DNA of 32,000 nt from Megasphaera elsdenii DSM 20460 (GCF_003010495.1 NZ_CP027570.1:2370001-2402000), one strand, 5' to 3'. Shown: positions 1-7,375, counted from the stretch's first letter. Program-made: numbers and translations. The notes: a model not told the origin generated them from the letters alone.

Positions 1-34
1 TCATGACATATAATGTATTCAATAGTTTTCTCAT
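1..34 (-). CDS. cas1: Cas1 (subtype I-C-like), first 11 codons only; the gene continues past the left edge
   Basis: The ATG at 34..32 overlaps the cas4 stop (ATGA, 34..31). The frame reads MRKLLNTLYVM, which I recognise as the conserved I-C Cas1 N-terminus (..LLNTLYV..). Only 34 nt are visible. Confidence 0.55.
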   Translation of the reverse strand, partial: MRKLLNTLYVM

Positions 35-696
35 ACGTCGTCGCTTCCTAACATAGCTTCATAATACGGTTGGGCAGACTTCTTTTTACAAATAACGGGT
101 AGGCAGATTTCTTTCAAAGAACAACTGGGGCAGCCCTTTTTAGGCCGTACTTTGGGAATATATCCGCGTTTAAAATAATCATGCATCATTTCCAGCATTT
201 TTCTAACTTCTTGGCGTAAAGGTTCTGTTAGCTCAACAGGTTCCCTTCTATGTGTTTCGTGATAATATAAAGCCCCTTGATATATAGAAACACCTAACAT
301 CTCTTCTAAACACATCGCTTGGCAACATAGTTGAAGACGATCTGCATTAATATCCTTTGTTTTCCCTCGTTTGTACTCAATAGGAAATGGAAGCCATAAG
401 CCATTATGTCCATATAAACGCCCTCCACCATCATCCCGGTGAAATTCCACCACATCACATTGTCCAGTTACACCTAAAGTCCTTGAAGCAATCCGAATCC
501 CGCGAGAAATAAGAATTTCACCACGCTTCTCTATAAAATCTGGATTATGGCAATTTTCATGGATAATATTGCCTTCCATCGTCTTCATGTTTTCATCCCA
601 AACCTGGTCGATGTGAATCAAGGCCCATTGTCGAGGACAAAATGAAAAATGTTGTATCCCTGAAATCATCAAAAAATCATCTTCATCGTATTCCAT
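31..696 (-). CDS. cas4: CRISPR-associated exonuclease Cas4 (RecB-like nuclease with a 4-Cys cluster)
   Basis: It has an N-terminal Cys (FSFCPRQW), RecB motifs (CDVVEF, IEYKRGK) and a C-terminal CPSCSLKEIC. Start chosen at MEYDEDDF (ATG 696..694), preceded by GAGGGGG. The ORF-track start at 750 has no RBS. Confidence 0.9.
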   Translation of the reverse strand: MEYDEDDFLMISGIQHFSFCPRQWALIHIDQVWDENMKTMEGNIIHENCHNPDFIEKRGEILISRGIRIASRTLGVTGQCDVVEFHRDDGGGRLYGHNGLWLPFPIEYKRGKTKDINADRLQLCCQAMCLEEMLGVSIYQGALYYHETHRREPVELTEPLRQEVRKMLEMMHDYFKRGYIPKVRPKKGCPSCSLKEICLPVICKKKSAQPYYEAMLGSDDV

Positions 697-826
697 AACA
701 GACACCCCCTCATTATATTGTAAAATTCGACTGCTGATCCATAAAAACATTTCCCCATTCCAATACGGATTCTCACCATTGAAGATTCTCTTCCGCAGTA
801 ATTTTGCCCGAACAATCTAAAGCAAG

Positions 827-3476
827 TTAACATTCTTTTTTCCCATGAAAGGTGAGACTTGTAAGTATCCGTACAAGGCGGAGCCTCCATGTGATTTCAA
901 TCCACGGACCCATGAAGGGTGCGACAGTAGCCGGATAAAAGCTTCGGCGACAACCAGCAAATTTCAATCCACGCACCCATGAAGGGTGCGACGTCAATGG
1001 TGCTGACTTATGGGAGATGGTAGACAGCATTTCAATCCACGCACCCATGAAGGGTGCGACGCCAATCCGGTCGAGGTACTTAGCCACGGCATCGGAATTT
1101 CAATCCACGCACCCATGAAGGGTGCGACCTGCTGTGTTAGTGGAACTAGCTTTTATCAGCAACATTTCAATCCACGCACCCATGAAGGGTGCGACATGTG
1201 ATTTGTCGCTTATTCAAAGTACGCCAGTAATTTCAATCCACGCACCCATGAAGGGTGCGACGCAGATGGCGTCGAGGGCATCTGCGGCCATGCCGACATT
1301 TCAATCCACGCACCCATGAAAGGTGCGACCTGTTCGGGTGTCCGACCGTCTAAATCCTCCAGCGTATTTCAATCCACGCACCCATGAAGGGTGCGACACC
1401 GCAAGTACTCATGATTGACTGTGACCCGCAAGATTTCAATCCACGCACCCATGAAGGGTGCGACTGCGGCCGATACCAGGACGCCAATCAGTACTGCCCA
1501 ATTTCAATCCACGCACCCATGAAGGGTGCGACCGGGACGATACCGGCGTCTTCCTGGATGAGTTCCATTTCAATCCACGCACCCATGAAGGGTGCGACGT
1601 AAAATGGCTGGAAACACAGATCTGCCCGGCTTGCATTTCAATCCACGCACCCATGAAGGGTGCGACATCGGATTTCGCGTGAAACGTCGTCCGCGGTCCT
1701 CATTTCAATCCACGCACCCATGAAGGGTGCGACGATGCTTACGGTCGTATGAAAAGGGTCTACCTCATATTTCAATCCACGCACCCATGAAGGGTGCGAC
1801 CAGTTTAAAAGACAGCTCTTCTTGCCCTGGCCCGATATTTCAATCCACGCACCCATGAAGGGTGCGACCTGCTGTGTTAGTGGAACTAGCTTTTATCAGC
1901 AACATTTCAATCCACGCACCCATGAAGGGTGCGACACGGCGCGGAAATCTCATCCGGCGGACGCACACGGATTTCAATCCACGCACCCATGAAGGGTGCG
2001 ACTTCATCAAGACTCGGATAAAGTCGTACTTCAACTATTTCAATCCACGCACCCATGAAGGGTGCGACGACGTGCCGCTTTCTTCAAGCATCACAGCCAA
2101 CCAATTTCAATCCACGCACCCATGAAGGGTGCGACGTATGCATCTGTGAGGAAATCCGTCATGGTTTCAATTTCAATCCACGCACCCATGAAGGGTGCGA
2201 CATACCCAGAAGCAGTGCCTTGTAGATGATAATTATATTTCAATCCACGCACCCATGAAGGGTGCGACTTCCAGCCAGGCCGCAGCCGTGTTCTGTTTGA
2301 TATTATTTCAATCCACGCACCCATGAAGGGTGCGACTCTAAGGCATGGCATGGCGTCACAGGCGCCGTGAAATTTCAATCCACGCACCCATGAAGGGTGC
2401 GACGTAAGCCAGTTTTTCCCTTTTACAGATGTCAATGCATTTCAATCCACGCACCCATGAAGGGTGCGACCCCGGCCACCGCAACCACTAAACAGCCCGA
2501 ACCGATTTCAATCCACGCACCCATGAAGGGTGCGACAAGATTCGTGTCTATGAGCAGTGGTTAGCAAAACTTATTTCAATCCACGCACCCATGAAGGGTG
2601 CGACAGCCCTTGATTACATCGTCGAAGCAGCAGAGAGCATATTTCAATCCACGCACCCATGAAGGGTGCGACGGGTCGCCAACTGCCGCGTACTCATATC
2701 CGCTGTAATTTCAATCCACGCACCCATGAAGGGTGCGACGGCGACGGCGGCCCCAGCCGGGCTGACGTGCTTATTTCAATCCACGCACCCATGAAGGGTG
2801 CGACCCTGCGGGCCGACGTCGATGCCCTGCCCATTGAGATTTCAATCCACGCACCCATGAAGGGTGCGACAAGACCGGCATGAACGTCGACCAGATGGAC
2901 CTCATCATTTCAATCCACGCACCCATGAAGGGTGCGACGCATATTCAACTCCTTGGCCCGCTTCACCATATCGGATTTCAATCCACGCACCCATGAAGGG
3001 TGCGACGCGGCAGGCCCGGAACAACCGCAGGGCATCTTCCTGATTTCAATCCACGCACCCATGAAGGGTGCGACCTTTTCCCGGCTCTCAGACAAGCCGC
3101 GGCTGACGAATTTCAATCCACGCACCCATGAAGGGTGCGACCCAGGACCAGCTGGCCTTTCAAGGATATATCCAGTATTTCAATCCACGCACCCATGAAG
3201 GGTGCGACATGGGCCTGGGCGCCATCAGCTACGGCATCAACTTTATTTCAATCCACGCACCCATGAAGGGTGCGACTGGCCGACGGGACGTCTTCAAAGA
3301 TATCGCTTTCCGATTTCAATCCACGCACCCATGAAGGGTGCGACGCGTTGATGTCCGCCAGGGGATACTGGGTATCTTTATTTCAATCCACGCACCCATG
3401 AAGGGTGCGACGTAGCAGAGGGCGGCATAGCCTGTAAGGAACGGATTTCAATCCACGCACCCATGAAGGGTGCGAC
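827..3476 (-). CRISPR. Subtype I-C CRISPR array: 39 well-conserved 32-nt repeats (894..3476) plus one decayed terminal repeat (827..858), with 39 spacers of 33-36 nt
   Basis: The plus-strand repeat is ATTTCAATCCACGCACCCATGAAGGGTGCGAC. Its reverse complement GTCGCACCCTTCATGGGTGCGTGGATTGAAAT is the canonical I-C repeat form (GTCGC..hairpin..GTGGATTGAAAT), so transcription is on the minus strand with the leader at the high-coordinate end. Variant repeats: 894..925 (C>G at 907), 1298..1329 (G>A at 1321) and 827..858 (21/32 identity, exactly 35 nt from the next repeat). Confidence 0.97.
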
Positions 3477-3750
3477 AGTCTTCAAATTAACTCAGTCATC
3501 GCCTGCTTTTCTATCATCTATATTGCGAACTGAGAGAAAGCCAATCTAATTTTTTGAGTTAATTATCTGGATATTGCTTAATTTTATAGAAAGTAAGGCC
3601 TGCGCGGAACCCCGATATATTTTATGTGTGATGCCGCTTCGCACCACTTTCTCTCTATAAATCAGTCTTGACAGAGTTCGGTATGACCTGGTTACATATA
3701 CGGATAGCCAAGATGCCCTGTCTTAATTCGGTAATCTATTTTATATGGTT
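3477..3750 (-). promoter_or_regulatory. CRISPR leader (AT-rich; upstream boundary uncertain)
   Basis: It directly abuts the newest-end repeat (3445..3476) on the transcription-upstream side and is much more AT-rich than the flanking genes. It contains weak promoter-like hexamers (e.g. TTGGCT 3544..3539 / TATAGA 3522..3517). Confidence 0.6.
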
Positions 3751-3779
3751 AGTATACCTCTTTCACCATAGAAAATCAA
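3751..3779 (-). promoter_or_regulatory. Sigma-70-like promoter reading toward the leader and array (TTGATT-17 nt-TATACT)
   Basis: -35 TTGATT at 3779..3774, exact 17-nt spacer, -10 TATACT at 3756..3751. This is the best hexamer pair in the gap. It lies 8 bp from the TTC PAM of the partial protospacer. Confidence 0.5.
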
Positions 3780-3786
3780 TATATAA

Positions 3787-3807
3787 TTCTGTAATGTTGA
3801 CTAGTAA
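3787..3807 (+). promoter_or_regulatory. TTC PAM plus an 18-nt partial protospacer matching the orphan crRNA-like RNA (candidate Cascade operator)
   Basis: TTC at 3787..3789 is followed by TGTAATGTTGACTAGTAA. This is identical to the spacer-like segment TGTAACGTTGAATAGTAA (3884..3867, minus) at 16/18 positions, with mismatches only at positions 6 and 12. It contains a plus-strand TTGACT (3797..3802). Confidence 0.6.
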
Positions 3808-3821
3808 TTTAATAGCTATAG

Positions 3822-3857
3822 AAAAAACCTGCCGCAGGGTTAGCATACGGCAGGTTT
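3822..3857 (-). terminator. Intrinsic terminator of the orphan crRNA-like transcript
   Basis: On the minus strand: AAACCTGCCG, a 13-nt loop, CGGCAGGTTT, then TTT. This is a perfect 10-bp stem with a six-T run overlapping and following the 3' arm. Confidence 0.75.
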
Positions 3858-3922
3858 CCACCTCACTTACTATTCAACGTTACAATTTCAATCCACGTCC
3901 CTGTGGAATCCACAAAAACGAC
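3822..3922 (-). ncRNA. Stand-alone crRNA-like small RNA: one diverged repeat with an intact 5' handle, a 27-nt spacer-like segment and a terminator hairpin (CreA/CreR-like candidate)
   Basis: The diverged repeat at 3916..3885 is 20/32 identical to the array repeat, but its last 13 nt (CGTGGATTGAAAT) are identical. The spacer-like segment is 3884..3858. It has its own extended -10 promoter upstream and terminator downstream, and has the same orientation as the array. Confidence 0.6.
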
Positions 3923-3928
3923 AATTAT

Positions 3929-3937
3929 ATTATACCA
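3929..3937 (-). promoter_or_regulatory. Extended -10 promoter (TGGTATAAT) of the crRNA-like RNA
   Basis: The minus strand reads TGgTATAAT (3937..3929), a consensus extended -10. There is no good -35, as is usual for this promoter class. Predicted start is near 3922. Confidence 0.6.
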
Positions 3938-4033
3938 TAAAATCCAGTATCGACGCGACTTAGTTTTCGTTTAAGTCAAACCTTAAACTTAAACGTTTAT
4001 TGTGATTATTTCAAAAAATATTATGTTTTATTC

Positions 4034-4062
4034 TTGACTTTATTAAGTGATGATGCTATCAT
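4034..4062 (+). promoter_or_regulatory. Promoter of the T-box leader (TTGACT-17 nt-TATCAT)
   Basis: -35 TTGACT at 4034..4039, 17-nt spacer, -10 TATCAT at 4057..4062. Confidence 0.7.
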
Positions 4063-4090
4063 AGCACCATCAACTGATAAACGTCACAAA

Positions 4091-4366
4091 CGCGATGACG
4101 CAAAATAGTACGTCTGAGTCTATCGTTTCCAGAGAGCTGCCGGCTGGTGTGAGGCAGTATCGATTCCGGACCGAACTCATTGCTGAGCGGAAAGGCTGAA
4201 TGAAGTAGGCCGATACGGGAACTCCCGTTACAGAGCGTGGATATCGCCATGGCCGTATCCGAGAGTGCATCCATAAAGGATGAAACAGAGTGGTACCGCG
4301 GAAGGATTACAACGCCTTTCGTCTCTCTTCAACGCTTCGTGCAGAGAGACGGAAGGCGTTTCGTTT
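4091..4366 (+). promoter_or_regulatory. T-box riboswitch leader with a probable Leu (CUC) specifier
   Basis: Stem I has a GA/K-turn (CGCGATGACGC 4091..4101 with GAGCG 4185..4189) and an AGTA box (4107..4110). It also has an AG bulge AGAGAG (4131..4136) and a distal loop GGCTGGTGTGA between CTGCC and GGCAG. The specifier loop reads GAA-CTC-A (4173..4179). The F-box CCGTTA is at 4225..4230 and the T-box AAACAGAGTGGTACCGCGG at 4283..4301. The terminator is CGCCTTTCGTCTCTCT ... AGAGAGACGGAAGGCG followed by TTTCGTTT (4313..4366). Confidence 0.85.
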
Positions 4367-4397
4367 CTCTCCATTGTCCTAAAAGGAGGAAAATCTT

Positions 4398-5633
4398 ATG
4401 GCTAACATTTCATCAATCAAAGCCGCTTCACTGAGCATGTGTTTTTCCGTCGGTGCCGTCTTATTTAGTTCTCACGCCGGCGGCGGTTTCGCTACGGGCA
4501 ACCAGGAAAACGTCTATTTCGTCAGCCTCGGCTGGCTCGGCCCGATTACGGCTATCATCACCATGCTGCTGTTCACGCTGACCATCAAGGAAGCCATGAA
4601 CATGTACAATTCCCGTCACCTCACGAGCTACCGTCAATTATTCCAGAACTTATACAGCCCCTTCAAAGGCATTGAATACCTCTTCGAAGCCTTCTTCTAT
4701 ATCATGGTCTTAATGGCCGTATCGGCTACGATTTCCGGCGCCGCCTCGGCCATCAATGCCCAGACGGGCCTCAATTATTACGCCGGTATCGGCATCGTCG
4801 GCACGATCATCTTCTTCCTGACCATCTTCGGTGCCGGCCTGGTACGTCGGGCCACGACCTACATGGGCATGGCCATCTTAGCCATGGTCATCATGATTTT
4901 CTCCGTCGGCATCTACATGGGCGGTTCCATTGAAGGGACGCAGTTCTTCACGGCTGCCATGGCCCAGGATTTCACCACGAACGGCTTCAGCAAAGTACCG
5001 ACAGCCATTCTCCACGCTTTCACTTATTCCGGTTTCCAGTGCGTCGTCATCCCGACGATGATCGTCGTCGGCACGCCCTTAGTCACCCGTAAGAACTGTG
5101 CCACGTCCATGTGGTTCTCCTTCGCCATGAACGCCATCGCCCTGACCTTAGCTGTCTGCATGCTCTTAGGCTGGACCGGCATCTACGGCAAATCGCCCTT
5201 ACCGACCCTGACCAGCTGCAAAGCCATGGGCATGTCCTGGCTGACCATTGCCTACAGCGCCTTCTTACTGCTGTGCCTCATCTCGACAGGTGTCACGACG
5301 GTCTTCGGTTTCACGGCCCGCTTCTCGGAAACGAAATGCCTGAAGAAAATCAGCCGCAACACCGTTACCCGCTCGGCTATCGTCACCTTATTCATCATCA
5401 TCGCTTCCATGACCGTCTCCGTTGCCGGCCTGACCAACATCATCAAATACGGCTACGGCTATTGCGGTTACTTAGCCATCGCCATCATCATCGTTCCCTT
5501 CCTGACCATCGGCCGCTACAAAAACAAACGCTATGCCGCTGACAGCAAATACCGCGCCCGCATCGACGCCATGAACGAAAACCCTGAAGCTGCCCAGGCA
5601 TTCCAGCCGACAGCCGAAGCTGCTGGACATTAG
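4398..5633 (+). CDS. YkvI-like (APC-superfamily) membrane permease; putative amino-acid transporter
   Basis: 411 aa and multi-pass hydrophobic. The N-terminal GGGFATGNQE motif resembles the GAGFATG(R/Q)E motif of YkvI-family proteins. RBS AAGGAGG lies 8 nt upstream of the ATG. It is directly downstream of the T-box. Confidence 0.7.
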   Translation: MANISSIKAASLSMCFSVGAVLFSSHAGGGFATGNQENVYFVSLGWLGPITAIITMLLFTLTIKEAMNMYNSRHLTSYRQLFQNLYSPFKGIEYLFEAFFYIMVLMAVSATISGAASAINAQTGLNYYAGIGIVGTIIFFLTIFGAGLVRRATTYMGMAILAMVIMIFSVGIYMGGSIEGTQFFTAAMAQDFTTNGFSKVPTAILHAFTYSGFQCVVIPTMIVVGTPLVTRKNCATSMWFSFAMNAIALTLAVCMLLGWTGIYGKSPLPTLTSCKAMGMSWLTIAYSAFLLLCLISTGVTTVFGFTARFSETKCLKKISRNTVTRSAIVTLFIIIASMTVSVAGLTNIIKYGYGYCGYLAIAIIIVPFLTIGRYKNKRYAADSKYRARIDAMNENPEAAQAFQPTAEAAGH

Positions 5634-5777
5634 AAAAAAGGGACCTCGCATGATGGTAGATGTAGTGACCCCAATAAGTTAGACCATATACTCGGATAGG
5701 CTGTGGTCGAACTTCGCAGCGGGCCGCCCTAACCGGGTCAGCCCCTACGCACAAGGCCATGGGCCGTGTATGTTTTT

Positions 5778-5812
5778 GCGACCTGTCACCTGCGACCTGC
5801 GATCTGCAGCTG
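5778..5812. repeat. Tandem 7-nt repeat, about 5 units (GCGACCT GTCACCT GCGACCT GCGATCT GCAGCTG)
   Basis: Read directly from the sequence. It lies in the intergenic region between convergent genes. Confidence 0.7.
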
Positions 5813-5845
5813 AAAAAGGCCCGTCATATGACGACGGGCCTTTTT
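5813..5845. terminator. Bidirectional intrinsic terminator (permease / thiC)
   Basis: AAAAA, GGCCCGTC, 7-nt loop, GACGGGCC, TTTTT. Confidence 0.8.
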
Positions 5846-5876
5846 CAGTATCTATGAGGTAAATTTTAGCTGGAGC

Positions 5877-7178
5877 CTAGCGGATAGAAACGTCTTCGCC
5901 GGCGAGGATGCGTTTCATCGTGCGAGCCGGGCACATCTTGCCGCACATAGTGCAGGTGCCTTCACATTCCGGTTTGCTCGATTCGTAGTAGCGGCGGGCT
6001 TTTTCCGGATCGATGGACAAGGAAATCATCTTGTCGAAGTCGACGTCGACGCGGGCTTTACTCATGGCGTCATCCCATTCCTGGGCACCCGGGATGCCTT
6101 TGACCAGGTCGGCAGCGTGAGCTGCGATGCGGGCAGCGATGATGCCTTCTTTGACGTCGTCGACGGTCGGCAGGCGCAGGTGTTCAGCCGGTGTGACGTA
6201 GCAGAGGAAGTCGGCACCGCACGATGCAGCGATGGCACCGCCGATGGCGCTGGTGATGTGGTCATAGCCCGGTGCAATGTCCGTGACCAAAGGTCCGAGG
6301 ACGTAGAACGGAGCGCCATGGCAAAGGCGTTTTTCAATTTTCATGTTGGCTGCGATTTCATTGAGGACCATGTGGCCCGGGCCTTCAATCATGACCTGGA
6401 CGTTATGGGCCCAGGCGCGTTTGGTCAATTCGCCGAGGGTAATGAGTTCTTCAATCTGTGCGGCATCGGTAGCGTCATGGGTACAGCCCGGACGACAAGC
6501 GTCGCCGAGGCTCAAGGTGACGTCATATTTTTCACAGATGTCGAGGAGACGGTCGTAGTATTCGTAGAACGGGTTTTCCTGATTGTTCATTTCCATCCAG
6601 GCGAAGAGCAGCGAGCCGCCGCGGGAAACGACATTGGTCAGGCGCGGGTTGTCTTTGATGCGCTGAGCCGTCTTGCGATTCATGCCGCAGTGGATGGTCA
6701 TGAAGTCGACGCCGTCTTCTGCGTGCTGTTCGACGACGGAGAAAAATTCATCGACGGTAATGTCTTTCAGGTCCTTTTCCAGCATGCCGACAGCATCGTA
6801 CATGGGGACCGTGCCGATCATGGCCGTAGACATCTTGACCAGTTTACGGCGAAATTCACGGGTCTTGCCGAAGTTGGACAAGTCCATGATGGCTTCGGCT
6901 TTCATGTCGATGGCATTCTGGACTTTCTGCAATTCTTCTTCATGGTTGTTGTGTTCCGGAGAAACGCCGAGGTTGACGTTAATCTTGGTGCGGCAGTCCT
7001 GGCCGACGGCTTCCGGCGACAGACTGGTGTGGACTTTGTTGGCCGGAATGGCGACTTTGCCGCTGGCGACGAGGGCCATGAGTTTTTCGACAGGCATGTG
7101 TTCCTTTTCAGCGACGATCTTCATCTGCGGCGTGACGATGCCTTTGCGGGCAGCATCCATCTGTGTTGTGTAATCCAT
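5877..7178 (-). CDS. thiC: Phosphomethylpyrimidine synthase ThiC
   Basis: Full-length match to the ThiC family as I recognise it, including the C-terminal CxxCxxxxC radical-SAM-type cluster (CTMCGKMCP). Start chosen at MDYTTQ (ATG 7178) with GGAAGGA upstream. The ORF-track start at 7187 abuts the RBS. Confidence 0.95.
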   Translation of the reverse strand: MDYTTQMDAARKGIVTPQMKIVAEKEHMPVEKLMALVASGKVAIPANKVHTSLSPEAVGQDCRTKINVNLGVSPEHNNHEEELQKVQNAIDMKAEAIMDLSNFGKTREFRRKLVKMSTAMIGTVPMYDAVGMLEKDLKDITVDEFFSVVEQHAEDGVDFMTIHCGMNRKTAQRIKDNPRLTNVVSRGGSLLFAWMEMNNQENPFYEYYDRLLDICEKYDVTLSLGDACRPGCTHDATDAAQIEELITLGELTKRAWAHNVQVMIEGPGHMVLNEIAANMKIEKRLCHGAPFYVLGPLVTDIAPGYDHITSAIGGAIAASCGADFLCYVTPAEHLRLPTVDDVKEGIIAARIAAHAADLVKGIPGAQEWDDAMSKARVDVDFDKMISLSIDPEKARRYYESSKPECEGTCTMCGKMCPARTMKRILAGEDVSIR

Positions 7179-7221
7179 TACTAACATCCTTCCTATACAA
7201 AAAAATAATCCAATGCAATAA

Positions 7222-7353
7222 AAAAAGCTCGCCCTACGGTCCTCCGCAGGTGAGCTTTATAATCCCGTAAAGCTTCCCTACGGCGGCATGATCCGCATCA
7301 GGTAAAGGGTCAAGTGTAATCCGTCACTTTTCTCAGCCCGAAGGCTCCCCTAG
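7222..7353 (-). promoter_or_regulatory. TPP (THI-box) riboswitch with a terminator expression platform
   Basis: The minus strand reads CTAGGGGAGCCTTCGGGCTGAGA ... ACCCTTTACCTGATGCGGATCATGCCGCCGTAGGGAAGC (7353..7272). This is followed by an imperfect hairpin and a T-run (7262..7222), directly upstream of thiC. Confidence 0.9.
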
Positions 7354-7375
7354 CTTTTTCTATGTATCTGTGGCT

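Noticed and set aside
697-826. Independent cas4 promoter (TATAAT at 717..712, minus strand), and a second target for the crRNA-like guide near cas4
   Set aside because: The -10 lacks a -35 or TG extension and overlaps the RBS. The only TGTAA-initiated similarity (around 718..735, plus strand) fails after position 5 and has no TTC PAM.
827-3476. About twenty ORFs of 60-114 aa on both strands inside the array (for example 1010..1201, 2091..2435, 2932..3198), with recurring peptides FNPRTHEGCD, ISIHAPMKGAT and HPSWVRGLK
   Set aside because: The recurring peptides are translations of the 32-nt CRISPR repeat in different frames, so these ORFs are artefacts of the array.
3790-3884. Alternative reading of the 18-nt match as a simple inverted repeat forming a long hairpin around the terminator
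   Set aside because: This is not fully excluded and is listed as the refutation route. It is disfavoured for three reasons. The two mismatches would be C-A and A-G clashes spaced exactly 6 nt apart. One arm abuts an intact crRNA 5' handle. The other arm abuts a TTC PAM.
3668-3940. 90-aa plus-strand ORF spanning the AT-rich gap, the partial protospacer, the terminator hairpin and the orphan repeat
   Set aside because: It has a TTG start with no RBS. Codon usage is rich in ATA and AT-ending codons, unlike all neighbouring genes. It runs through a strong hairpin and the repeat-derived sequence. It is better explained as non-coding regulatory DNA.
4059-4434. Three short ORFs (4059..4274 -, 4070..4270 -, 4237..4434 +) upstream of the permease
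   Set aside because: They lie entirely within the T-box leader, whose conserved RNA elements account for the sequence. None has an RBS.
5111-5760. Overlapping or antisense ORFs within and after the permease gene (5111..5542 +, 5252..5446 -, 5488..5760 -)
   Set aside because: They are alternative-frame or antisense ORFs typical of GC-rich coding DNA, with low-complexity Arg/His/Pro-rich products.
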